From contig OZ024751.1 in assembly GCA_964016885.1 (NCBI GenBank), positions 42,222,001-42,286,000 of the forward strand: a DNA stretch of 64,000 nt, in the 5' to 3' direction. The DNA comes from Eledone cirrhosa. Its lineage: Eukaryota. Shown piece after piece: positions 49,891 through 63,340 of this stretch. Made by a program: the position numbers and the translations under genes. Below the pieces are notes generated by a model. The model worked only from the letters and a program-made list of their open reading frames with translations, was not told where the DNA came from and searched no databases. Every line of letters starts with the position of its first letter. The first letter of the stretch is position 1.

Positions 49891-51706
49891 CTTTCTAGAC
49901 TATTTTTCATAAATGGCTTTCTGCTTTAAACAAGAGAGAGAGAGAGAAAAAGATAGATAGACAGAGAGAGAGAGAGAAAAAGATTGCAATCGTTGTCCAT
50001 TGTCCAGGAACAAAGATGTAAGGAAAAAACAAAAAAAAAATGGACAACAAAAAGAAAGGAAGGAAAAAAAAGAAAGTCACAAAGATTTGTGTATAGAAAA
50101 TTATTTTGTTCTCTAACACTAGTGGCACAATGGAGTATTGACAGAATACTAATAATGATAATAATTACTGCCATAAAAAATAGACTGTTCCTTTGACGAT
50201 TTCCTACACAACTGATTATTAATATTAAGTTATTTGTTTGTTATGATAAATATTAGTAAAATGGTAAAGTTGGGTGTCGGGGTAGTTATTAGTTATTGCA
50301 CTACTATCTATCAACCATCTGCCATTAGCTAGATTCAATATTTCACTGTATTATCATCATCATCATTAATGTCACCATGACCATTATCACCATCATCATT
50401 GTTAACATCATCACTATCATCATTGTTAATAACAACAACGCAGTACAATGAAGATATATATTAGTTTAATGTCATCATGACCATCATCATCACTATGTTC
50501 ATTGTTAATAACAACAACGCAGTACAATGAAGATATATATTAGTTTAATGCTTAACATAGTAGGAGAAGAGTGTTTATGTTTCAGACATTAGTGCTTCAT
50601 CAGAAGATAGATTGAGAAATAAAAAAGGAATTAAAAAGATAGAGAGGGAGAAAAGTAAGGGATGAAAAAAAAAATTGGGGAAAAAGCACGTGTATCAGTC
50701 AGCTATTTGGGAGAACTATATATATATATATTTATAATAAAGGTAAAACTATATATACAATTCTCAAAGGAAAGCTGATTTTTCCATCCATATACTTATT
50801 TATATATATATCATCATCACCGTTTAGCATCTATTTCTCCATGCTTCCATCTGGCCGTTCCATACCTTACTCAGACAGAATATATATATAATATATTACA
50901 CCACACATTCCAATCACCTGTATTGCATTGAAAAGACAGGCAAGCACCTTGCTTAGGAATTAGTGTCATGCAATTAATTGGGTACAAGAATCACTCTCCC
51001 CCTCCACCATCACACCCCCACCACAACCTCCACCAACAGCTGCTAAGGTTGACACAGCGATAACTTTCACTCAATGTAACACACTTTTCCACGAGTAGTA
51101 TAATCCCTAAAACAAACTCTCCCCTATCCCCTTAACTTCGTTAATGACGCACTTATTAAACTGTGCAACCTTAATGGAATTTTCCAATCGCTTTTCCTCC
51201 CTAACAATGATCACAATTCTGCACTTTGCTGACAGTAAGGCCCTAGCAGCTGTCGTGTGATCAGATCAATAGAAATGACCATTTGAACATTTGAAGACTG
51301 ATGCTTAACTTTGGAAATAATCCTGTATTCAGATATCAATTATCAAGAAACCATTTGGCTTCTATTGATTTCCAATACAATGCTTTTCTCTCTTTGTTTT
51401 GTTTTATTTACTATTGTATTTATTTTTGAATACCAATTTTTGGAGATGAAAGATGAAATAATTGAAAATACAGCTACATTTAATGCCTATTGTATACACA
51501 CATACACATAAATATATATACACACTATATATATATACACTATATATATATATATATATATATAATTGCTTTTACTTTTGGCACAAGGCCAGCACTTATC
51601 CCAGTGCATTACTGGTACTTTATTTTATCGACCCCCGTATATATAATAAAATGATGGGACTAGCATAAGGTTTCCCTGCTAGTGCCGATTGCATCTCAGC
51701 ATACTG

Positions 51707-51745
<39 letters not shown>

Positions 51746-52219
51746 ATGGGGGAATTCATTAAGAAAAAACATGATTGATTATTTATATGTAACAATTATG
51801 AACTAGCAACAATATATAATAACAAAGTGGTTGTGTTGGTGACGTGCAAAAAGCACACAGTTCTCATTGTAAACTGGTTGTGTTGGTGACATGACAAAAA
51901 GCACCCAGTTCATTCTCTAAAGTGGTTGTCTTGGTGACATGACATAAGGTACCCAGTCGAACCTGTCAGTTGGGTTTTTTTAGTGACATAATCCCTGGAA
52001 AGAAACAATGCAGTTATTAATAAGAAGAATTGAAATTAATGCATGCAAGATTTCATAGCTCTAGCATTACTCCTTCATAGTCAGCCTATGAACTTTTCAG
52101 CTGATCCCCAACCTATATATATATATATATATATAGGAGGTGAGTTTTATTGTAGCACAATAAAGCAATGAAATATCGGATAAGTAGCACTCAACAGTTT
52201 ATAGGACTGCAGTATATAT

Positions 52220-52358
52220 AATATAAAATCAAAAGATGGTTAAAAGAGTTCCATGTATTTTATTATGCGCATTTCAAAAACAAATATCATCATGGGATGA
52301 TATTTGTTTTTGAAATGCGCATAATAAAATACATGGAACTCTTTTAACCATCTTTTGA

Positions 52359-52367
<9 letters not shown>
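52220..52367. repeat. Perfect palindrome, 72-bp arms with 4-nt loop
   Basis: 52220-52291 is the reverse complement of 52296-52367; loop atgg. Confidence 0.95.
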
Positions 52368-52412
<45 letters not shown>

Positions 52413-52533
52413 TTATATATATATCATCATCATCATTGTTTAACGTTTATCTTCCATGCTAGCATGGGTTAGACGGGAATTGTTCCACTTGTGGCAAGAT
52501 TGATCGGGTGACCGTGTCTCGCTCATATAGAAC

Positions 52534-52570
<37 letters not shown>

Positions 52571-52621
52571 ATTATATATATATATATATAATATGTATAT
52601 TTATATATACACACAGACACG

Positions 52622-52684
<63 letters not shown>

Positions 52685-55600
52685 GTTTCTACTTTTGGCA
52701 CAAGGCCAGCAATTATCCCAGTGTATTACTGGTACTTTATTTTATCGACCCCGTAAGGATGAAAGGCAAAGTTAACCTCGGCGGGATTTGACGCATAGAG
52801 TTACGGCCCTTGCCATTCTGAGTTCAAATCCCACCGAGGTTAACTTTGCCTTTCATCATTACGGGGTCGATAAAATAAAGTACCAGTCACACACTGGGTC
52901 GATTTAATCGACTTTCCCCTCCCCCAAAATTGCTGGCCTTGTGCCTATATAAGAAATCATTATATATAACAGTAGATACAATTTGACACAATGCTGGTAT
53001 TAACTAGCACCACCAGTTTTAAAACAAACAAACAACAACAATGTAGTACCAGTAAAAGATAACATTTCTGGTTCTACCAGTGATTTAGTGGCTAAAACTA
53101 CTGAATGGATGCTCCATTATTTATGACTCTCACCATTATAATTGTTGTCACTTCTAGCATTGCATTACATTTTCAAACAATATTATCAATATCTTGTTCT
53201 GGCAAATATAAAAGTAGAGTCCCTTTCTAATATATAATGAAAGGATTGCTCCATAGGGAGGGAGGGAGGGAGGGAGGGAGGGAGGGAGGGAGGGAAGGAG
53301 GGAAGGAAGGAAGGAAGGAAGGAAGGAAGGAAGGACGGAAGGAAGGAAGGAAAATATGTTTTGTGAAATATGAGGGTTGGCTGAAAAGTTCATAGCCTGA
53401 CTAAGATATTCTCATGGAATGACCAAATGTGGTTTATTTTTCAACATAGTCCCTGGAAAGAAACAATGCAGTTATTAACAAGACTTGAAATTAATGCATG
53501 CAAGATTTCACAGCTCTAGCATCACTCCTTCATAGGCTGACCAAGATACTCTCATGGAATGACCAGTCCCTGGAATGAAACAATGCAGTTATAAACAAGA
53601 AGAATTGAAATTAATGCATACAAGATTTCACAGCACTAGCATCACTCCTTCATAGTTGGCCTATGAATTATTCAGTCGTTCTCCATACATTAGTTTGCAA
53701 ATTTTTCCAACCTAAACAAACACACAAAAGCAAACGTAGAAAAAACCCCAATAAAACAAACAAAAACGGAAAAAAAAGAAGCAAAATAAATGGAAACTAA
53801 GAATATCCTATCTGATCAATCTATTGAACTAAATCCTATTAGTATTTTCTTTCAACTATTTTATCAAATGTCAGATTTACTGTGGTATTCAGCAGATCAT
53901 GTTAAACTCACTTTTCAAGACTGTTCTTTGTTTAGACTAAACATTTAGAACATTCAGGATGTACAGACCTTAATAGCTAACACACACCACTCTTTCTTTT
54001 ACTCTGTTGTTGCATGTAGGGACTTGTATCAACATATCTAGGAACAGAGAAACAGAATATAGCAGAGCAGATCTCAATCAGACATTTAACTAATATTTAG
54101 ACTCTTATTATCTTGCTACATTGTATTAACTTACCACTCTTTAATAATTATATTAGGGAAAGCTAACTCTTTCATGTCAACAGTTTCAAGTGAAATCTTT
54201 CTCAAATTTTATTACGACAGGTCAAAGTTTACAAAGCAACTTAAAATAGCTATATAACCAAATTGCCTTCAATGTATGCTTTTGTTATTTTATTATTATG
54301 ATTATTATTTTATTATTTACTTATTTATTTATTTATTATTTTCTCACTTTCTAATGAAATGAGAACAATTGCTTGGCGAAGAAAAGAATGGGCTTTGTAA
54401 AATACATTAATTCACAAATCTTTCCAACTTAAATTAACACAAGACAACAGGTGTAGTAAAGAAGTGAAAGTAGTCATTCATAGTAATCTGAAGTTAGAAA
54501 GAGTTAATTATTTCCACCTGGTAAAGGTATGATGAGTTAGTGGTTGGTGTTAGATTATTGTCCGAAAGGTCATGATCTAAAACACTATTGCAGCTGTTAT
54601 ATACCAGCCGGGAGCTTTACAAGAGGTTTCTTGTTGAACCTGTACCAATGTAGGCTCCCAGCTTTCTTGGTCTGGTCCCCCATACCACCTCCTTCGTTAC
54701 TCGGGGTAGAGAACCCACAGGAGTGAACACCCATAAGATAGAATGACTATTTCTCAATGCATTTCCGTCACCATCTTCCAGAGCGATGCTTTCTCCATTC
54801 TGTCTGTTGGGACAATGAGGCAGTTTGTACCTAGGCTCCCACACATCAGAGAATGTTCTCCACCACACCATCTGGTCCTTGTATCATAGGGTACTCTTTA
54901 TCAAATTCTCATTATCCCTTTAGTATTTATATTACTTTATATATACTACCTCCCATGGGTACAAGCTGAAGCATATAGACAATATGCCCCCACACCCACC
55001 ACTGCAAGGTGGTCACGGAAGTGCCACGGCAAAAAAGCACCCAGCCCACACTGTAAAGTGGACGTGTAGGCGCCACGAAAAAGCACCCAGCACTCACTGT
55101 AAATGAGGTTGGTGTTAGGAAGGGCATCCAGCTGTAGAAATCAAGCCAAATCAGTTCCTGTATGAGCAAGGCATGGTCAGCCGACCAGACACTACCCACA
55201 ACAGGACAACCTGTCTAACCCATGCTAGCGTGGAAGAACGGACGTAAAATGGTGATGATGATGATATACTATTACATTTTTGTGGTAAAGGCTTTATCTT
55301 ATATAATTATCTCACATAATATCGAATCTATGAAATTTTGATATTATTTATTTTGAAAACAATACCTTAACATCAGTATGAGTGGTTGGTTACAACCGGT
55401 TTGAACAGAAAGAGGTGAGAGAATTCCGGCTGGTTTAAATGCTAAAGGGTTAACATACACACATGTAAGGGGGTTGTGTTGGTGACACAACAAAAAGCTC
55501 CTATCAATCCACTGCCCTCAAACACCAATTTAATAATGAGAAGATTAGTTCATCATCATCATTATGATTTTGAAATTAGGTGTGTCATTCAGAATGCCAA

Positions 55601-56034
55601 ACGGGTCAGGCTGCAGCTTGCACCATGGCTTAGGTAGAGGGTAAAAGTCAAGTGCTGATAAAAGAGGTTATAGATAAGAGAGGAAATTCTGATTCAAGTC
55701 TCTAACAATATGAAGTCAAATAAAAATATATGGTTGTTTTTATACCTCAGTGAATGAAAGAGTTTTTAACAATACTGAATTGTTACACATCATTCATCAT
55801 CATCACCTTTTAACGACTATTTTTCCATGTTAGCATGAGTTAGATGAATTGTCTCGTTATGTGACAAGTCAGATCAGATGTCTGTGTCTTCTTGCTCACA
55901 CAGAACTGTTTTTGGCTTGGTTTCTATGACTTGATGCCCTTCCTAATGCCAATCACATTTACAGTGTATTACATTTACCTCATTATGGAAGGAAATACAG
56001 TTTTGAAGTTCATCATCATCATCATCCTTTTATA

Positions 56035-57280
56035 TTTGACTCGGTGTGTTTTATTGTGGCCCTAGCACTACAACTTTACAGGGTTGACTCGGTGTGTTTT
56101 ATCGTGGCACCAGCATGACCACTTTACAGGGTTGACACAGTATGTTTTATTGTGGCCCCAGCATGACCACTTTACAGGGTTGACTCGGTGTGTTTTATTG
56201 TGACCCCAGCATAAACTCTTTACAGGATTGACTTGGTGTATTTTATTGTGGCCCCAGCATGACCACTTTACAGAATTGACTTGGTGTGTTTTATTGTGAC
56301 CCCAGCATGATCACTTTACAGAATTGACTTGGTGTGTTTTATTGTGGCCCCAGCATGACCACTTTACAGAATTGACTTGGTGTGTTTTATTGTGACCCCA
56401 GCATGACCACTTTACAGAATTGACTTGGTGTGTTTTATTGTGGCCCCAGCATGACCACTTTACAGAATTGACTTGGTGTGTTTTATTGTGGCCCCAGCAT
56501 GACCACTTTACAGAATTGACTTGGTGTGTTTTATTGTGACCCCAGCATGATCACTTTACAGAATTGACTTGGTGTGTTTTATTGTGGCCCCAGCATGACC
56601 ACTTTACAGAATTGACTTGGTGTGTTTTATTGTGACCCCAGCATGACCACTTTACAGAATTGACTTGGTGTGTTTTATTGTGGCCCCAGCATGACCACTT
56701 TACAGAATTGACTTGGTGTGTTTTATTGTGGCCCCAGCATGACCACTTTACAGAATTGACTTGGTGTGTTTTATTGTGACCCCAGCATGATCACTTTACA
56801 GAATTGACTTGGTGTGTTTTATTGTGGCCCCAGCATGACCACTTTACAGAATTGACTTGGTGTGTTTTATTGTGACCCCAGCATGACCACTTTACAGAAT
56901 TGACTTGGTGTGTTTTATTGTGGCCCCAGCATGACCACTTTACAGAATTGACTTGGTGTGTTTTATTGTGACCCCAGCATGACCACTTTACAGAATTGAC
57001 TTGGTGTGTTTTATTGTGGCCCCAGCATGACCACTTTACAGAATTGACTTGGTGTGTTTTATTGTGGCCCCAGCATGACCACTTTACAGAATTGACTTGG
57101 TGTGTTTTATTGTGGCCCCAGCATGACCACTTTACAGAATTGACTCGGTGTGTTTTATTGTGGCCCCAGCATGACCACTTTACAGGATTGACTTGGTGTG
57201 TTTTATTGTGGCCCCAGCATGATCACTTTACAGGGTTGACAGTGTATTTTATTGTGACCCCAGCATGACCACTTTACAGC
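56035..57280. repeat. 48-bp minisatellite with 240-bp (5-mer) higher-order repeat
   Basis: Unit tttacagaattgacttggtgtgttttattgtggccccagcatgaccac; the lines starting 56281, 56521 and 56761 are identical. Confidence 0.97.
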
Positions 57281-58307
57281 CCATGCCTGCAGAGAAAAGT
57301 TGATGTAAAAGGAACAATGATGACAACTTCGATAATATTAATGACAATACTGATGATGATGATATATTCACCATGTCAGTTTTTCTTGAAAGAAAGTTAC
57401 TACCATGACATTAGGAGAAATTCATTGTTTATATTCCTTTTGTTATTTGGTCTACAGAGATATCCTCTGCTAATTCAAACATCCATTGAGGTCGTCATAT
57501 ATAAAAACAGGTGAAAACATGTCAGCCATTTGAGTTGACCAGATTTCTTGCTTGTGTACTCAATGTAGGGCAAAAGTAAATTCTAGTAAGATTCTTATTA
57601 TATTTGATAGTAAGACAGTGGTATTAGGAAAAGCTGCCAATCTGAAGGGTGAAAAGAAATGATCTGTGAAGAATATCACACATTGAAGCTTGTTGCTGCT
57701 TGCTTAATATAAACCACTCCAAAAATATTACTTTTCTTGTTTTGTTGAGTATTTTATTTTTTTTTTGTGTGTATGTGTTGGCGGTGGGGTGTTTTGTGTT
57801 GAATTTTTTTTTTTAGTGTGTGTGTCAGTTTTTGTATGTATGTGTTTTTGCATGTGTGTGTAAACTGAATTGTTACAGTTTCTGATTTATTACATAATTC
57901 CAGATGAAGTTCTTGGGTACACACAAATACATTCACACACACATACATATGTACATGCACACACACATACATATGTACATGCATGTAAGAAAAGTCCAAA
58001 ATGAAAAAACACAGAACAATACAATACAACAATAAAGATATATATATCACCTACCCCTCCCTATTCTTAATATCCTCGCCCTCACCTCATTCATGTCCAA
58101 CTTACACACTCTCTCCCCTCCCTAGCTTCCACATTCCTGAGGTACCTCTCCTGTTATGCTCAACCCACACATAGGAACGGCATTCACCTGTAGAAACCAA
58201 GCCAAAATACTAATCAGTATGAAAAAGCCATGGTCACCTGACCTGACTTGTCTCATAATGTGACAACCTGTCTAACTCATGCAAAGAGTGGAAAACAGAC
58301 ATTAAAC

Positions 58308-58478
58308 TGTGATGATGATGATGATGATGACGGTGATGATGATGGTGGTGGTGGTGGTGATGATGACGGTGATGATGATGATGATGATGGTGATGATGGT
58401 GATGACGATGGTGATGACGATGATGATGGTGATGACGGTGATGGTGATGATGATGATGGTGGTGGTGATGATGATGAC
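58308..58478. repeat. (GAT/GGT)n repeat, expanded SINE tail
   Basis: Follows the tail motif gtggaaaacagacattaaac. Confidence 0.9.
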
Positions 58479-58894
58479 AATATATGAACTTCTAGTGGAG
58501 ATTGAATGTAAAGTTAACCTGCCTGTTGTTGTTGTGTTCCACAAAATGAAAGCAGGTGTTTCATACAAACACAAATTAATAAATAAGTTATATACCCTTG
58601 ATTAGCAGGGATATCGGATATTAGATGATGATGATAGCTCCTATCTTTACTGTCATCTGTGCTAAATATCACACAACTGAAAGGAAGATCTAATGTTTAT
58701 TTTTTAATACACTGCCAAGCAAGGCAATAAAGACCCTACTGAAAAGGGAGAAAGGCAAGACAGGCGCTAGTGTGGAAAAATGGACATTAAACAGAGATGA
58801 TGATGATGATAATACAAGTAATAAACATTGAACCAACACACAAAGTAATTTGTTAAAAAATTTATTGCAAGTTTTGCTACATTATATAAAATAC

Positions 58895-59028
58895 TCAATA
58901 AATATAGGTTTGCAATCGTTTTTTATCTTCTATGCCATACTGTTGCATCAAATCTTGCTGAAAGGTCATTAATTTCGGTTTAAATGTAATTTTGGTTACA
59001 ACAGCTTCAGTGCAGTCTTTGTTAGATT
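58895..59028 (-). CDS. MRPL24: MRPL24 last exon (ESNKDCTE...TFQQDLM...TYIY*)
   Basis: Acceptor tttacAG at 59029-59030; TGA at 58895-58897; AATAAA (minus) at 58861-58866; resembles the MRPL24 C-terminus. Confidence 0.9.
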
Positions 59029-59630
59029 CTGTAAAAAGAAACAAGAGTTGTTTTTTTTAGTTCTTTCTATGAAATTGTCTTTTTTTATGTGGCTTTCCAG
59101 AAAACAAACCAAAACACACAAAAAAAAAACGTTAAAGAGATTAAAGTGTAAAGTTTAATAATATATTTTACAGAGGTTAAAGTGTAAAGTTAGTATTATA
59201 TTTTACAGGGGTTAAAGTGTAAAGTTTAGTATTATATTTTATAGAGGTTAAAGTGTAAAGTTTAGTATTATATTTTACATAGGTTAAAGTGTAAAGTTTA
59301 GAATTATATTCTATAGAGGTTAAAGTTAAACCTTTTGGAGGTCATAGTACAAAGGTTAATGTTAAACCTTAAAGAAGTCAAGGTGTACTGGGTGCATTTC
59401 TATAGCACCAGCACTAGAGAAGTAGTCAGTCCCTGTCTCAAGTGAAGAATCCTCTCTGCCTTACCTGATGACAGGACTATGGAGGGGTGAAGGATGATAA
59501 GTGTGATCTTATGGGTACATGTGGTGAGATTTGACAAACAGTTTTAAGTACATAATGTTTCTAGTGGTCCTTTTTCCTTTCTCTTTTGAATGTTAATGAG
59601 AAAATGTTCCACGGGTAAAACACATCATAC

Positions 59631-59773
59631 CTTTGTAATCAGCTTTAATAACACCATCTTCAGGGTCTTCATTCTGGGCAATACGAGACAATGGAATTAT
59701 CCGACCAGTCCTTTCAGATACTCGGACCTTCGTTCCATCTTCAGTATAGCGCCACACAACTTTGGTACCTTTC
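59631..59773 (-). CDS. MRPL24: MRPL24 exon (KGTKVVWRYTEDGTKVRVSERTGRIIP...)
   Basis: uL24 motif G.KVRVS.R.GRIIP; phases match the neighbouring exons. Confidence 0.95.
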
Positions 59774-60009
59774 CTGCAAATTGAAATCATTTTCAACTAC
59801 TGAAGACCCAAAATATATGAAATTACTCAAATTTCATTCTTAACTCTTTCATTACCATATTTCAAATGAAATATACTATCTATAGGTTTTAATTAATTTT
59901 GAAAAATTATACAAAAATTAGGAGGAATTTAATAAAATAATTAACTTTTTTCATTATTAAGTTGATGTCTGCAACATTACCTAACAAAAATTTATTTTAA
60001 AAAAAATGT

Positions 60010-60285
60010 TGGTTAGATGTAGTTTTGCAAAAGAGAAGGCTGCATTGGTATGGATGTGGGATGCATATGGATGATGAATGCTGGGTGAAGAAGCATCAAG
60101 AGAGAGAGAGACAGATGCCTGTGGAAGGAAGCCGCAAGAGAGGAAGACTGAGAAAAACCTGGGCTGAGGTGGTTTAGAGCTGATCTCAAAACACTGACCC
60201 TCATAGAAGAGATGGCAAAGGAATGCTTTGAGAGGAGGAAGGCTGTCCAGTACTTGCAAGCATAGAAAAACAGATGTAATAATAT
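60010..60285 (+). mobile_element. Degenerate RTE LINE 3' end (similar piece ~9540-9700)
   Basis: RRLHWYGC and GRSRK..KTWAEVV remnants. Confidence 0.7.
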
Positions 60286-61397
60286 GATGATGTGAGGTCA
60301 TCAGATGATATGGGCCGTGTCTCAAGGTGTGCTAAAAGGTAGGTGTGCTAAAAGGTAGGAATCCTAAAGTGTCACCAAGTTGGTAGTGAATGGATGTGAG
60401 AAGTTAACACCAACAGAAACTGAAATGGAATGACAAGTACTAAAACTTCCACTCAAGATTTGGATACAGCGGCTGTCTCTGGCCATTCTCCATGGTAATA
60501 CCTTTACCATTTTGTCTACAGGGTGCAGCTGTTGCACCGCTCAGGCTGGGGTGTAGAGTATATCTCCTTCCCTCTTTCTTTCGTTGCTTGATTTTTTTTT
60601 TACTTTTCTTCTTTTCAATTCCATTTTTGGGGGTTTCCCTTTAATAGTGTGTTTTGTTTTTGTATAAACAGTTTTGTAAAATAAAATACTTTCATTAATT
60701 TACACACACACAAAAGAAAAAGTAAGATTCTCAGAAATTATCAAAGATTTTCCTGATACTAAGGGAGAGAACTTTGTTTCTGCTAAAGTTCTCTAGAGCA
60801 GAAGACGTGTGTGTGAACACATATCTCCTGATGGAGTCGTAGTGGCGTCATGGTGACATACAGCGTGTCTTGAACATTTTAAACCTGGTGGAGCCCATCT
60901 CCTCTTTCCAGGTTTGAATATAGCTAAATTCTTCCAGAAAAGAGGAGAGAGAGGGACTCCTCTCTTGTGTGATAGAGGGGAAGTGTGAAAGAGATGTAGA
61001 GGAAGAAACAACCCCAGTACTAGACTGGTACTTTCTTATTGACCTCGAAAGGATGAATGGCAAAGTTGACCTCAGTGGGTTTTGTAGAAAGCCCGAAAGA
61101 ATTCCACAAAGGATTCTATCTGACAGTCTAATAAAATCAACCTGTAACAAGAAATAATTAGTTTTAAAGAAAGAATAGAATATTTTCTGAAAGTGGAGAT
61201 TGATTTCTCCTTATCTTTCAGGACAGATGGAAGTAATATTTTCATCATCATCAGCAACAGCACTACCACTTTACAGAATGGAGTGGGTGAATTTTATTGT
61301 GGAGAAGAAGGAGGAAGAGGAGGGGGGAGGAGAGAGAGTTTATTTAATAGATTCAGACTCAAACTAAATATAAAACATGAGCAGGAAGATTACATAC

Positions 61398-61504
61398 TGG
61401 TCAGATGGATCCACCAGAGCAACTTCAGTTGTTACTAAAAGAGGTTTTGCTTTTCGGATTAAAGATCCAGGATTCTTGGCCGTTTTATACAGTTCTTCAT
61501 ATTT
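61398..61504 (-). CDS. MRPL24: MRPL24 exon (KYEELYK...PLLVTTEVALVDPSD)
   Basis: 107 bp; V.LVDP motif; AG / GTATGT. Confidence 0.92.
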
Positions 61505-62212
61505 CTTAATAAAAAGAAAACAAAAAAAAACATTTATATGTGTGTGTGTGAGTACATGTGATCTTTATTATACAGTACATTTGTTTTGCTACTTGTTTCA
61601 TGTAGGTTGTTTTGTTAGCAAGGGCATCCAGCCGTAGAAGGCTAGCCAAACAATGAGTTAGTAGGACCCTTCAGTTTGTATAAAAAGACACAACAACTTC
61701 TCCTCTGCACTCGATATGACCGTACATAAGTGGGATACAGACCTCCTCATCCTGACTGGGAGGTCAGTGGCTCTGCTTCAGTACTCACTTGGTCTATGTA
61801 GACCTGTCCAACATCTGCTAGCAGGGAAAGTGGGTGTTAAATGATGATGATGACTCTTGTAACAGAATGCTGATTTATTTTACCACCATGTAATCTTTAG
61901 ATAATACCAAGATGTCTACAAACAAGGCATTAGGAAGAAACACAAGAAGAAAGTGAGACTGCCAAGAAGGGGCGATAACCCTGTTATGTTTTTATGGTGA
62001 GTTATATTTTTTGAACCATATACGAGAATATCTCATTTGTTTGCTAATAAAGATATTTTTATAAGGTAGCTCCCTATTACAATAATACACTAAAGGTCAG
62101 CAGCTTTCAGTAGAAGAGTTTATACTCCCAACAGTTAAGACACAGGTGGTTAAGACGATCTATGCAATTAAAACATTCTTAGTTAAGACATATCTAGTTA
62201 AGACATACTTAC

Positions 62213-62308
62213 ATAGTTAAGACCTTCAACAAAACACCAATTCCGTTCCTTTATTATATGAGTCACAATGCCTTGTTTTCCTTTGTCTCTGCCAGTTAAT
62301 ATCTCCAC
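62213..62308 (-). CDS. MRPL24: MRPL24 exon with KOW motif ([15 protein letters not shown]...[11 protein letters not shown]); upstream exons not found in the window
   Basis: 96 bp; uL24 KOW signature G.DKGKQG.V; ttcttAG / GTAAGT. Confidence 0.95.
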
Positions 62309-62362
62309 CTAAGAAAATACATTAAAAAAAACAACAATTCTTAGTTGAATAACACACAGATG

Positions 62363-62407
<45 letters not shown>

Positions 62408-62577
62408 TATATATGAAAATATTTTCCTATTAAAGTAACATTTGAAATATAAGCCAAGGCAGCTAATCAACACATTATGTTTAGATGTGGTTTTGAAATT
62501 CTCATGAGTATGAAATATATTTATGAAGTTTCAATATTTTGATGTTTGAAATGTTTTCAGTGTTGTTTAGAGCATAG

Positions 62578-62835
62578 TTTTGTTTCACAACTCCCCTACG
62601 TTTTATAACATTTCAACAAGTTACTCCATTCTTTGTTTCACAACTCCACTACGTTTTATAACATTTCAACAAGTTACTCCATTCTTTGTTTCACAACTCC
62701 ACTACATTTTATAACATTTCAACAAATTACTCCATTCTTTGTTTCACAACTCCACTACATTTTATAACATTTCAACAAATTACTCCATTCTTTGTTTCAC
62801 AACTCCACTACGTTTTATAACATTTCAACAAGTTT
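62578..62835. repeat. 53-bp tandem repeat, ~5 copies
   Basis: Unit tttgtttcacaactccactacgttttataacatttcaacaagttactccattc. Confidence 0.93.
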
Positions 62836-63188
62836 TTTTTACGCATATACGCAGTATATATAGAGTAATATGAATACTAAAGGGTTAAATATCCCATGGC
62901 ACAGACTGAACCAGGCCAGCACGGAAAAACATATGATGATGATGATGATGTTGATGATAAACAGGAGGCAGTTCCACCTCTCCCCTCACACTCAAAGTAA
63001 CAAACAACAATTATATAGTTAAGAAAATAGTTTTTATTCAAACTGGATATTGTAATCTCGATGAACAATCTTCTGTTTACACTGGACAGAGAGAGGCAAG
63101 TGAAATACTGACATCTTTTTTCCAATAGTTGTGTGAAATAAGGAGAAAACAGGCAGATACTACTTATTCAATAAACACTTCTTTTGCT

Positions 63189-63228
<40 letters not shown>

Positions 63229-63231
<3 letters not shown>

Positions 63232-63306
63232 GGTGTTCCCCCCAAAATGTATATACACATCAAAAGGATTGTAATCAAAGTGTGTAAAAAAGTTTTTGGG
63301 ACACCC

Positions 63307-63310
<4 letters not shown>
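63229..63310. mobile_element. Tiny Tc1-like MITE
   Basis: cagggtgt... / ...acaccct terminal inverted repeats within TA/CA repeats. Confidence 0.5.

Positions 63311-63340
<30 letters not shown>

Noticed and set aside
48935-49912. Mucin-like Thr-rich ORF (also 41293-41842 and 58248-58605)
   Set aside because: Trinucleotide repeat expansions with no credible gene structure.
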